IMG/VR virus record: IMGVR_UViG_3300017747_001195
Coordinates: 1-32,391 of that record
DNA: 32,391 bases
Origin: a virus
Taxonomy: Duplodnaviria; Caudoviricetes
Reading direction: 5' to 3' (one strand)
The notes under the pieces are model-generated. The model was not told the DNA's origin, did not search any database, and saw only the letters and a list, made by a program, of their open reading frames with translations. How positions within the stretch are numbered: the first letter of the stretch is position 1; every line of letters starts with the position of its first letter. Positions 8,460-17,711 of this stretch are shown one piece after another. A program made the position numbers and the translations under genes.

Positions 8460-9388
8460 TGGCCGTTCAACAGACAACCACGCAGACCATCCTCCCGGAA
8501 TGGTATACCCAGTACGCTCAGAATGTTCTGGGTAGAGCATATGCCGCCACGTCTGAGCCGTATCAGGAGTACAAGGCTCCCCGCATCGCCGGCTTTGCGC
8601 CTGAGCAGGAGCGGGCATTCTCTGCTTATAAGGAAAGCATGGGTGAGTATGAGCCTTACATCGGAGCAGCGGAGACAGCGCTGACACGAGGGACTGGTTC
8701 ATTCACTGCTCCGGGCGTCGCCCAACGGTACATGAACCCATACATCCAGAACGTGGTGGCTGGGATCGGAGCCACGGCGGGTCGTAATCTTTACGAAAAC
8801 ATCCTCCCCGCTGTTAACCGTACCTTCGTTGGCGGCGGCACTTTTGGTGGTTCGCGCAGTGCTGAGTTTACGCAGCGCGCTATCCGCGACGCGCAGGCAG
8901 CAGCGCTTAGCAAGCAGGTTGAGGCTCTAAGCGAGGGCTATAAGACGGCTGCTGATCTCTATGGCACTGAGGCTACTCGGACACTCGGGGCCGCTCCGCG
9001 CTTTGCTGAGCTTGGCAAGCAGGCTCAAGAGCAGCGGATGGCAGAGCTGGGTGGCCTCGAAGCAATCGGCGCACAGCGTCAGGCTCTGGCACAGCGCTCC
9101 GCTGAACTGGCCTATGCTGACTTCGAGCGGCAGCGTGACTTCCCATACACGCAGGTCCAGCGACTTTCTGCAATTGGTGGTCAGCCTGCAGCGACTGGCT
9201 CGGGAACTAAGGTCGAGAGCGCGCCGGGTCCGTCCGGCTTCCAGCAGGCCGCTGGTTTGGCGGCAACGATTGCCGGCATTCTTGGTAAGTTCAAGGACGG
9301 TGGCGAAGTTGACGGCCCTGTCAAGGACGGTAAGCGCAACATCAAGCACCCGATGCATGGGCTTGGCTGGTTGAAGGATGTACGCTGA
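8459..9388 (+). CDS. Putative DNA-transfer / ejection protein (P22 gp7-like pilot)
   Basis: 'TTQTILPEW', 'YMNPYIQNVV', 'GTFGGSRS', 'LEAIGAQRQ…YADFERQRDFPYTQ' and a C-terminal Gly/Ala hydrophobic patch; TAATG coupling. Confidence 0.65.
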   Translation: MAVQQTTTQTILPEWYTQYAQNVLGRAYAATSEPYQEYKAPRIAGFAPEQERAFSAYKESMGEYEPYIGAAETALTRGTGSFTAPGVAQRYMNPYIQNVVAGIGATAGRNLYENILPAVNRTFVGGGTFGGSRSAEFTQRAIRDAQAAALSKQVEALSEGYKTAADLYGTEATRTLGAAPRFAELGKQAQEQRMAELGGLEAIGAQRQALAQRSAELAYADFERQRDFPYTQVQRLSAIGGQPAATGSGTKVESAPGPSGFQQAAGLAATIAGILGKFKDGGEVDGPVKDGKRNIKHPMHGLGWLKDVR

Positions 9389-10650
9389 TGGCTTTTATAT
9401 CTGACGAAGAGCGCAAGCGCATACTCGCACAAATGCTGTCGGGTCAGCTGATGCGCCCGCCTCCGCCGATGCAGGCAACGCCAGCAACGCCGCTTCCGGG
9501 TGTTCCGGTTCAGACCGCTATTGTTGCTCCTCAGTCTGAACAGGCCGTAGCCCCACCTCCGCAGAACGATGAGTTCGCACTCGCTCGTCAGATGATCCAA
9601 GGGCGGCAGGGACCAGCCCTGACCGGCAATAAGGAAATCGACGCGATCCTCACAGCTAATGCGGAGCGGCGTCAGGCCGGTGCGCAGAACTATCTTAACA
9701 TGCTGGCAGGCGCTGACATTGATCCTGTTCTAAAGGAAATCCTCGCTGAGCGTCGCGCTAAAGTGCAGAAGGAAACTGCAGAGCTTGAAGTTGAGCAGAA
9801 GAAAGCTGGCTGGGATGCGCTGATGCGCGCTGGTTTGGCTATGGCTCAGAGTAACAGTCCCTATTTCATGCAGGCTCTAGCGTCCGGCATGGAAGCTGGC
9901 GTCAAGGGTTACGATGAAGCCAAGGTGCGCCGCGAGGAAAAGCGTGCGCGCTTGCAGACTGCCGATGAAGACGCTCGCATTGCAGAGGTCACGGGCAAGC
10001 AGGCGGCGCAGACCCGCGCTGCTAACGCTTTCAATGCTGCAATGGCAGCTGGGCTTAATGAGGAACAGGCTCAAGCAGCTGCACGTAGGGCGGTTGTAGA
10101 GGAGCTTACTCTGCCGCAGCAGCTTGAGATGGCGAGGCTTGAGCCTGAGGCTAAGCGGGCTGACATCGCATACACGAAGGCTAGAACTGTTGACGCACTG
10201 CGTCCGCCGAGTAGTGGCGGCGGCAGGGGTGGTGGCCGTGAACCGAATCCGCCATCAGCTACATCTGTTCTGGAAGAAGGTGGTAAGTTTACCCGCGAAA
10301 TTCCTGAGCTTCGGGAAGCGGCCCGCTCTTCGTTCTATGCCTATCAAAAAGAAAAAGATCCGACGAAGAAGGCTGAGCTTAAAGGCAAGTATGAAATCGC
10401 ACGCGACAACTATCGCCGCGTCCGTGATAGACTGGCTAAGATTGAAGGCCGTCAGCCCGGAAGCCCGTTCCGTCGTAGTGTGACTGGAGAAATTTACACG
10501 GGACCGCAACGCACAGCCACTGGCCCTAGACCAGCAGCGGCCTCTGCTCGCCCCGCTGGCGTAGGTGCAGATTGGACCTATGAAAAAGATGCAAAAGGTA
10601 ATAAAGCTTGGGTGAGCCCTGACAGGAAGCGTGTTGTAGAGGTAAAATAA
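9388..10650 (+). CDS. Putative internal virion / ejection protein (420 aa, helical)
   Basis: A/Q/E-rich helical body; 'ALMRAGLAMAQSNSPYFMQALASG'; lies between two other ejection-type genes; TGATG coupling. Confidence 0.6.
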   Translation: MAFISDEERKRILAQMLSGQLMRPPPPMQATPATPLPGVPVQTAIVAPQSEQAVAPPPQNDEFALARQMIQGRQGPALTGNKEIDAILTANAERRQAGAQNYLNMLAGADIDPVLKEILAERRAKVQKETAELEVEQKKAGWDALMRAGLAMAQSNSPYFMQALASGMEAGVKGYDEAKVRREEKRARLQTADEDARIAEVTGKQAAQTRAANAFNAAMAAGLNEEQAQAAARRAVVEELTLPQQLEMARLEPEAKRADIAYTKARTVDALRPPSSGGGRGGGREPNPPSATSVLEEGGKFTREIPELREAARSSFYAYQKEKDPTKKAELKGKYEIARDNYRRVRDRLAKIEGRQPGSPFRRSVTGEIYTGPQRTATGPRPAAASARPAGVGADWTYEKDAKGNKAWVSPDRKRVVEVK

Positions 10651-13600
10651 ATGGCTTTTGACCTGAAGACCGCCAAGCCTGTATCTGGTGGGTTTGATCT
10701 CAGGACTGCAAAGCCTGTTGCGGCCCCTCGTCCTCAGCGGAAAAAGAAGGAAGAGGAAGAGGGCGGCATCCTTCAGGACATCAAGGATGTCGGCACATCT
10801 CTTGGGCTTGCTACAGTTGGTTTAGCTAAGCCGTTCGCATACCTAGCAGAACGACTCACCCCCGGGACTTACAGCCTCCCAGCGCGCAAGGCAAGCGAAG
10901 CTCTTGCATCAGCAGAAGAGTTCTTAAAGGGAGCCCGTTCTGAGGCTGACATTGAGCGGCAGCGTGCAGCTCAAGCGCGCATCGAGGAGGAGGCTAAAGC
11001 TCCGGGCGAACTGGCTCGTGGCATTGCAGGCGTTCGTCAATTCATTGAAGGTCCAAAGCGTCCTGAAGCTTCTCGCACTATGCTGAGTGGGATTGCCGAC
11101 TACCTTTCTCCGACACGCGCGATTGCAAGCTTAATTCCTGAGACGCCTGAAGCTGCTCAGCGGGAAATCTCAACTGTTAAAGCGCAGTTTAATTCTCCGA
11201 TTGAGGCTGCGCAATTTGCGGCGTCTCAGATTCCATCAACAGCGGCCACCGTTCTTACTGGCGGATTAACTCGCGGGGCTAAGCTCGCTGCCGGGGCTGA
11301 GCAATTGATCGCTAATAAAGCAGCTCAACGCGCTGCTGTAGCAACCGGAACCACATTGAACGCAACTGATGCTGGATACAGCGCAGCTCAATCAGTGCTA
11401 GAAAGGGGCGGCACTCAAGAGGAAGCTGATCGTGCGTTTCTTGTGGCATCCGGCGGTGCTGCTTTAGCGTCTGCCGCAGCAGCTAAGATACCGGGCCTCG
11501 AGCAGAACCTGTTCTCAACTCAAGCCCTGAGACCGGGCATCATCCGGGGTGCGGCTCGCTCAGCAGTCGGCGAAGCGCCGCAGGAATTCGTTGAAGAATC
11601 TGGAGCGCAGCTTGCGCAGAACATTGGCGTTCTCGGCACTGCGGCTGAGCGTGATATCAGCGAAGGCGTACTGTCTTCTGGTGCGCTCGGCCTGATCGGC
11701 GGTGCTGCGATAGGCGCTCCGACTGGCGCGATTCAAGGGTACATGGCTAAGCGTGAAGCTGCCGCAGCCCCTCCACCCCCGCCTCCGGGTGCTGAAGGCG
11801 AGCCTCTGCGCACCACGACCGTTGCGTTTGAGAATAAAGAAGACCCAGCGAACCCGACGATCCGCACGTTTGACGTGATGTCGGAGCCTGATGAGGACGG
11901 TCTGCTCACGGTTCGCGATGAGAATGGCAAAGCGTTTGAGATGACGGCTGCCCGCTTGGGTGAGCTGGAGTCTACGGCTGAGGCTTATGCTGCGCCATCT
12001 GAACCCCCGGCTCCTACGCCCACTGTAGACCTTGGCACGATCACTCAGCGCTTGAACGTGGCAAGCGGTACACCTGAGGGGCAGAAACCTGTTGGCCGCA
12101 TCGTGGGTCTGGCCCGTGAGGTGGGCACAGCGCTTGAGCAGGATGACGATGTATCCGCAACTGCTGCGGTTCAGGCGCGCATCAATGCGCTGGCTGGCAG
12201 CCGCATGTCGGAAACCACGCTGGCGCAGCGCCAAGCAGAACTCGACGAAGCGCAGAGCATCATCAATGATTACCGCGCAGAGCGTGGCTTGGCCCGTGCT
12301 GCACCAGCTGCGCGCGTTGAGGCTCCGACTGTGGAGTCAGAGGCTATCGAGCAGGCGCGTCTGCAGAATGAAGAGCTAGCTCGTCAGGATGCTACCGCTG
12401 AGGCAGAGCGTGCAGCAGCTGAGCGCTCTCGTCTGGAACGTGAGAGCGCCCTTGAGACTGCCTCGCTCATCGGTCAGGGTTCTCCGATCCGGCAGGCGCA
12501 GACCGAGCGGCAGCAGCTCTTTGACACGATCATCAATGATGACACGATTGAGAACCCAGCTGGTACATTCCGTCAAGCGTTGGCCGAGCGTGGCTATCCG
12601 AACACAGAGCTGAATGAAGCTGAGCGCCGTCAGGTTCAGGCGCGTCGCGCATTCACGCAGGCCCCCGCTGTGGCCGAAGAAGAAGTCCCAGCAGCGCTTC
12701 CACCTGCTCCGCCTGAAGAGGTTGCTGGGGCACCTGCTCCGGTGGTGGAAGAGCCGGGCGTCGCGGCTGTTCCTCTGGGTGAGGAGATTGTGTCAGCCCC
12801 GACCATTCCGCCTCTTGCAGCCGCTGCTGAAGTTGAGGGTGACCAGACTGATCTAGCTGCGCGTCAGCTTGATATCGCTCGCGACACTGGCAGCTCTAAT
12901 GCAATTCTTGCTGAGGTCGCTGCCGGAGAGGGTGAGTTGGCAGATATCGCGGCTCGCCTCCTAAAGGTTGCTCAGGATTTCCCGGTTCAGGTTCTAAGCC
13001 AAGAAGACTTTGATGCGCGCTTCCCCGATGAAGCGGGTGCACAGGGTGTTTGGAACCCAGCGGATGATACGATCTATCTATCGGATGATATGTCGATTGA
13101 TCACGTTCCGGTTCATGAGATCGTGCATGGCATCTTGCAGCAGCACATCGAGGGCAACACGGAAGAAGGCCGCGAGCTTCTGCAAATCTATAATGATTTC
13201 AAGGCCTTAGCGCCTGACTCGGAAAGTTATGGGTTCACTAACGCTCAGGAGTTTATGGCTGAAGCTCTAGGCAGCCGCCAGTTCCGCGCTGAGATCAGGA
13301 GTCTGACGCCAGAGCAGGGTGCTCCATCCATACTTGAGCGCCTGAAAGCGTTGTTCCGCAAGGTTGTTGGCCGCATATTCAAGGGTAATCGAGCTGATGT
13401 GGCAGCTGTAACCGATTATATTGAGCGCATCATTCTCCTGACGGAAGCAGCGGCGCGCAAGACAGCGCCTAAGGTCACTGAAGAGCGTCTGCCTATCTAC
13501 GCTGGCCGTAGCATTGCGCGCGCAAGAGTGCTTGGTGGTGCGGTAGAGGCGAAGATTATCCGCCAAAACCTTGAAGCCGCTGAGGAAATGGAAGTATCTG

Positions 13601-16600
13601 GCGCGAGCAGTGACGAGATCCGCGTCGCCACAGGCTGGGAGCGCAATCCATATGATAATGAATGGCGCTATATTCAAGCCGATGACATGGCGAGTGAGAC
13701 TGCGCTCCTCGAGGACTTCGTAAGGAATTACGACTCGGCCAGCGACGCTTACCTAATGACGCTCAACGGCGATGGTTCGTTCGATCTTCAGGATCTGATG
13801 CGTCATAGCGAACTCTACAGCATCTATCCCGATGCACGGAACATTCATGTTTTCCTGCGGAAGTCTGGCGGCGGAGAACTTCAAGGCTCATTCGATCCGA
13901 GTGATAAATCGATTGATCTGTATGCAGATGCTCTCGATCCACTCGGAACCCTGCTTCATGAGGTTCAGCACTGGGTGCAGGACAAAGAAGGCTTCGCTTT
14001 TGGGTCCAGCCCTTCAACCGTTTGGGACGCGCTGACTGATGATCAGAAACGCTTTGAGGCCAATAACGCAGTCGATGTTCTCAACTCTGATCTCGACGAT
14101 CTAGCTCAGGTTCTTGATGTAATCTCATACCTGAACAGCGATCCTGATTTCAGGATGGCGGTTGAAGACGGTACGGCTATTCAAGACCTTGAGGGCTTCT
14201 TCGAGCAGGCGTTCACCGATGGCGTGATTGTCGATGACCGCATCTACGGGCTAGTGCAGGAGCGTCTTGAGGATATCGTTACTGATCAGGCCGCGAATGG
14301 CCTTAGAGATCCTAGCCTGACAACTGAAAATGTTCAGGATGAATTGGCGAGCGTTAGCAACGAGATCAATGAGAAGACGCGGCTCATCGAGGACATCAAG
14401 GATGGCGACCCGACAGAAGAGGGTAGCCCTTCTGAGGAAGCTGCACGCACTGCGTTTGAGGATCACACGCGGCGCAATGTTATTCGTTACATTGACACGG
14501 CTGGCGAGATTGAGGCGCGTGATGTGTCATCGCAACGCCGCAAGAGGTCTGAAGAGCTTCGCGCCACTGGAATGCTCAAGTCTGAAAAGGCTCCAAGACC
14601 CGGAGCTGTCGTCGTTTCCCGCCGTGCCGAAGGCCCGTCTGCATCCATCGCTCCGCAGCCGAACGTACCAGCTGAGCCCGAGCCTGCTAAGATGAGCCGC
14701 TTGCGTGAGCTTTATAACCGCATTCGGATCGGTAAGGCGTGGAACAATATCGGCAGCCAGTTCTCTGGCGCACGCGCTGCTGACCAGTGGCTTGCTCGCT
14801 CGCTCGGCTTGAAGAAGATGCCTGAATCTGACTCGTTCTATTCTGCCTTCGAGACTTTCCTCTCGAAGAAGAACGGGATGCTTCAGCGCCTGCGCTTAGA
14901 CTATGTTGACCCGCTGACTGACGCCATCTCTGATGCGATCAAGAACGGCGTGACCCTCGACATGCTGAACGATTACATTCAGGCGCGTGGTGCGGCTGAG
15001 CGCAACGCTGCCATCGCTCAGATCAATAAGGACATGCCGGACGGTGGCTCTGGTATCACTGATGCGCGGGCTGAAGAGATGCTTCTCGAGCTAGAGCTCT
15101 CGGGTAAGATGCGCGACATCCTCCGGGTGGCGAAGCTTCACGACCGCCTGCGTGATCGCACGCAACAAATCATGGTCGATAGCGGGCTGGTATCTGCTGA
15201 GACGATGGCGGATTGGAAGAAAAAGTATCCGAACTATACGCCTTACAAGGGGTGGGCACCGGCTGGCGACATGACTGTCGATGGGCAGGAAGATCCGCAC
15301 GCGGACTACGGTGCGTATGAGGGCGGCCAGCCTATCTATAGCCGTGTCGCAGGGACGCGCGCGAAGCCTGTAAAGAAGGCGAAGGGCCGCTCATCGCAAG
15401 CTGCGAACTCGATCTATAACATGATCGCTGACGCTGAGATGTTCCTCGAGATGGGGCAGCGCAACGAGATCTCGCTCAAGTTTGAAGAGGCTTACCAGAA
15501 AGATCCGGCTGCGTTCGAAGGCTTGATGAAAGTCTACGACGAGAAGCATCCGAAGATCATCAAGGGTAAGGCCCAGAAGATTACGGACGAGAAGGCTTAT
15601 AAGCAGGCCGTGCGTGGCTTCAAGAAGGGCAAGCCCTTCATCATGGAGATGGCACCCAACGAGGAAGGTAATGCTGTCTATCGCGCCTTCCAGAACCTGA
15701 ATGCGGTCCAGCTCTGGGGCTGGGTGCAGAAGTTCTTGGGCATCATGTCCGTCATGCGTGGGGTTCACACCCGCTTTAACGCTGCGTTCTGGCCGCGTGA
15801 GTTCCTGCGCAGTGTATCTGACGCAGCGGGCAATGTGTTCGCTGAGCGTGGCCGCAAGAACAGCGCTGCCTATGGGAAGAAGGCGGCTATGAAGACGTGG
15901 GCATACTCATGGGATCCAACCGTGATGGCCGGCGTCTTCTCCCATCTTGTGAACCGGACACCGGAGAACGAGCGCGTCTCCTTTATCAAGATGCTCACCG
16001 ATGAAATGGTTGAGAACGGGGGCGCTGCTGGTCAGGAGTTTGCTCAGCGCGCCGAGCGCGTGGCGGCCCGGATGGAATCTGAACTCAAGCGCCTGACCGC
16101 CACTGGCGTGAAGGCTGGTTACTTCGAGACCAAGGAAGGTCTGAGGAAGCTGATGGGTGCGGTTGACGGGATCAATGACTTCGTCGATCTAGTCCCCCGT
16201 GTGGCTGCTTATAAGGCGCTCACCGAGGCTGGCCTCACGCCGCAGCAGGCAGCACCTATCGCTCTGCGCAGCACGCTCGATCTCACCAAGCGTGGCCGCT
16301 TCGGTCAGGTGATCGATGGCATCTTTTGGTGGACGACGCCGTCGTTGACGAACCTGACCAACAAGATCAGCAAGCTAGACAGCTCGACCTATCGCAAGCT
16401 ACTCGTGGGTCAGCTCGCGATTGGCTTCGGCCTTGGCATGTTGAACGTGATGAACGCGCCTGACAGTGACGACGATGGCGAAGACGACTATAGCCAGATG
16501 CCTGAGTGGCGGAAGCTTGCATACCTGCACGTCTATTATAGCCCAGATGAGAAGCCGTTCACGCTTCCAGTCGGGTTCCTGTTTATGTTCGAACGGTATG

Positions 16601-17370
16601 TCGGCGGCAAGATGGCGGAAGTCCTGATGGGCAAGACATCAGATGGCAAGGCTGCTGTCGATGTCATGACCGCGGCGCAGCAGATTGGCACAGCCTTCCT
16701 GTCGTCGCTCTCTCCTGTCGTCCGCAGCACTGAGGCTCGCACAATTGTGCCGAGCAGCATCGCGCCGATGTACGATCTCGCTGTCAACGAAAGCTTCTTC
16801 AAGGCTCCGATCTACATGGAGTCGAAGTTCAATGAAGAGGAAGCCAAGGCATCTCGTGCCAAGCCAAGCACGCCGGAGTTCTATAAGTTCATCGCGCGTC
16901 AGATTCAGGAGCGGACAGGAGGGTATGGCCGGATCGCCGGTGACCTCGACGTTTCTCCAGACCAACTCAAATACTTCGTTGATCAGTACACTGGTGGCGT
17001 AGGCCGTCTGGTTGGTGGCGCTGCGAACGCAGATACTGAGGCTCTGAAGAAACTCAATCCGTTCTACTTCGATCCGAAGCTGACTGAGTACTCACCGATG
17101 AGCCGTTTCTATGAGCGCGATGGTGAGATGAAGAACGCCGTCGCTGCGAAGAAGCTGGATGAAGAAGGCGATAGCACGGAGCTGGAGTTCTTGGAGAACA
17201 CCAAGCCATACACAGTGGATGATACTGTGATAGAGGCTTACAAGACGGCTGAGAATGATCTGAAAGAGCTGCGCAAGGAAGACATTCCGTTCGAGGAATA
17301 TAACAAGCGCCGGCTCGAGATCATGGCTGAGTTCAACAAAGAATATAACAGGGCAAAGGGGGAGCGCTAA
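10651..17370 (+). CDS. Large polyvalent virion protein: zincin-like metallopeptidase, LPD23-like HExxH module and LPD38-like C-terminus
   Basis: 2239 aa; HEIVH (13114-13128) with downstream EFMAEA; 'IRVATGWERNPYDNEWRY', 'TLLHEVQHWVQDKEGFAFGSSP' (HEVQH 13957-13971), 'YIDTAGEIEARDV'; C-terminal 'DYSQMPEWRK…LPVGF…SPDQLKYFVDQYTGGVG'. Confidence 0.8.
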   Translation: MAFDLKTAKPVSGGFDLRTAKPVAAPRPQRKKKEEEEGGILQDIKDVGTSLGLATVGLAKPFAYLAERLTPGTYSLPARKASEALASAEEFLKGARSEADIERQRAAQARIEEEAKAPGELARGIAGVRQFIEGPKRPEASRTMLSGIADYLSPTRAIASLIPETPEAAQREISTVKAQFNSPIEAAQFAASQIPSTAATVLTGGLTRGAKLAAGAEQLIANKAAQRAAVATGTTLNATDAGYSAAQSVLERGGTQEEADRAFLVASGGAALASAAAAKIPGLEQNLFSTQALRPGIIRGAARSAVGEAPQEFVEESGAQLAQNIGVLGTAAERDISEGVLSSGALGLIGGAAIGAPTGAIQGYMAKREAAAAPPPPPPGAEGEPLRTTTVAFENKEDPANPTIRTFDVMSEPDEDGLLTVRDENGKAFEMTAARLGELESTAEAYAAPSEPPAPTPTVDLGTITQRLNVASGTPEGQKPVGRIVGLAREVGTALEQDDDVSATAAVQARINALAGSRMSETTLAQRQAELDEAQSIINDYRAERGLARAAPAARVEAPTVESEAIEQARLQNEELARQDATAEAERAAAERSRLERESALETASLIGQGSPIRQAQTERQQLFDTIINDDTIENPAGTFRQALAERGYPNTELNEAERRQVQARRAFTQAPAVAEEEVPAALPPAPPEEVAGAPAPVVEEPGVAAVPLGEEIVSAPTIPPLAAAAEVEGDQTDLAARQLDIARDTGSSNAILAEVAAGEGELADIAARLLKVAQDFPVQVLSQEDFDARFPDEAGAQGVWNPADDTIYLSDDMSIDHVPVHEIVHGILQQHIEGNTEEGRELLQIYNDFKALAPDSESYGFTNAQEFMAEALGSRQFRAEIRSLTPEQGAPSILERLKALFRKVVGRIFKGNRADVAAVTDYIERIILLTEAAARKTAPKVTEERLPIYAGRSIARARVLGGAVEAKIIRQNLEAAEEMEVSGASSDEIRVATGWERNPYDNEWRYIQADDMASETALLEDFVRNYDSASDAYLMTLNGDGSFDLQDLMRHSELYSIYPDARNIHVFLRKSGGGELQGSFDPSDKSIDLYADALDPLGTLLHEVQHWVQDKEGFAFGSSPSTVWDALTDDQKRFEANNAVDVLNSDLDDLAQVLDVISYLNSDPDFRMAVEDGTAIQDLEGFFEQAFTDGVIVDDRIYGLVQERLEDIVTDQAANGLRDPSLTTENVQDELASVSNEINEKTRLIEDIKDGDPTEEGSPSEEAARTAFEDHTRRNVIRYIDTAGEIEARDVSSQRRKRSEELRATGMLKSEKAPRPGAVVVSRRAEGPSASIAPQPNVPAEPEPAKMSRLRELYNRIRIGKAWNNIGSQFSGARAADQWLARSLGLKKMPESDSFYSAFETFLSKKNGMLQRLRLDYVDPLTDAISDAIKNGVTLDMLNDYIQARGAAERNAAIAQINKDMPDGGSGITDARAEEMLLELELSGKMRDILRVAKLHDRLRDRTQQIMVDSGLVSAETMADWKKKYPNYTPYKGWAPAGDMTVDGQEDPHADYGAYEGGQPIYSRVAGTRAKPVKKAKGRSSQAANSIYNMIADAEMFLEMGQRNEISLKFEEAYQKDPAAFEGLMKVYDEKHPKIIKGKAQKITDEKAYKQAVRGFKKGKPFIMEMAPNEEGNAVYRAFQNLNAVQLWGWVQKFLGIMSVMRGVHTRFNAAFWPREFLRSVSDAAGNVFAERGRKNSAAYGKKAAMKTWAYSWDPTVMAGVFSHLVNRTPENERVSFIKMLTDEMVENGGAAGQEFAQRAERVAARMESELKRLTATGVKAGYFETKEGLRKLMGAVDGINDFVDLVPRVAAYKALTEAGLTPQQAAPIALRSTLDLTKRGRFGQVIDGIFWWTTPSLTNLTNKISKLDSSTYRKLLVGQLAIGFGLGMLNVMNAPDSDDDGEDDYSQMPEWRKLAYLHVYYSPDEKPFTLPVGFLFMFERYVGGKMAEVLMGKTSDGKAAVDVMTAAQQIGTAFLSSLSPVVRSTEARTIVPSSIAPMYDLAVNESFFKAPIYMESKFNEEEAKASRAKPSTPEFYKFIARQIQERTGGYGRIAGDLDVSPDQLKYFVDQYTGGVGRLVGGAANADTEALKKLNPFYFDPKLTEYSPMSRFYERDGEMKNAVAAKKLDEEGDSTELEFLENTKPYTVDDTVIEAYKTAENDLKELRKEDIPFEEYNKRRLEIMAEFNKEYNRAKGER

Positions 17371-17378
17371 GCTCCCCC
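17355..17378. terminator. GC hairpin at the convergence of the two arms; likely terminator, better for the - strand
   Basis: GGGGGAGC-GCTAA-GCTCCCCC perfect 8-bp stem (17358-17378); followed by TTT on the - strand; no U tract on +. Confidence 0.55.
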
Positions 17379-17388
17379 ACCCCAACTG

Positions 17389-17700
17389 TTAAAAGGGAAC
17401 TTCGTCGTTCAGGTCACGGGGCTGAGGCTGGTAAGCGTTAGCCTTAGCCTGTGAGTGCTGGACCTGAGCAGGCGACGGCTGCTGCTGTCCTTCCTGACGC
17501 GGCTCATACATCGAGACGATGATGCTCTCACGGCCTTCGTTGCCACCGACACCAGCCGGGTTGAACGTGCGGTCGAGCAGGATGTACGGACCCTTGTCGC
17601 TTTCCATCACGACACCGACGTTCTTGAACCGGCCCTTAGTCTGGCCCTGCCCATCTGTGTACTCGCCTACCTTGACGACGAGATCATACTTCTTAGCCAT
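17389..17700 (-). CDS. Small single-stranded DNA-binding protein
   Basis: 103 aa; 'VGEYTDGQGQTKGRFKNVGVV' beta-rich core, Q/P linker and acidic '…DLNDEVPF' tail; AAGGAG RBS; follows recT. Confidence 0.75.
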   Translation of the reverse strand: MAKKYDLVVKVGEYTDGQGQTKGRFKNVGVVMESDKGPYILLDRTFNPAGVGGNEGRESIIVSMYEPRQEGQQQPSPAQVQHSQAKANAYQPQPRDLNDEVPF

Positions 17701-17711
17701 TAGCTTTCTCC

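Noticed and set aside
16460-16490. DSDDDGEDD as an EF-hand-like calcium site
   Set aside because: Short acidic linkers are common at this position in LPD38-like regions; evidence is insufficient
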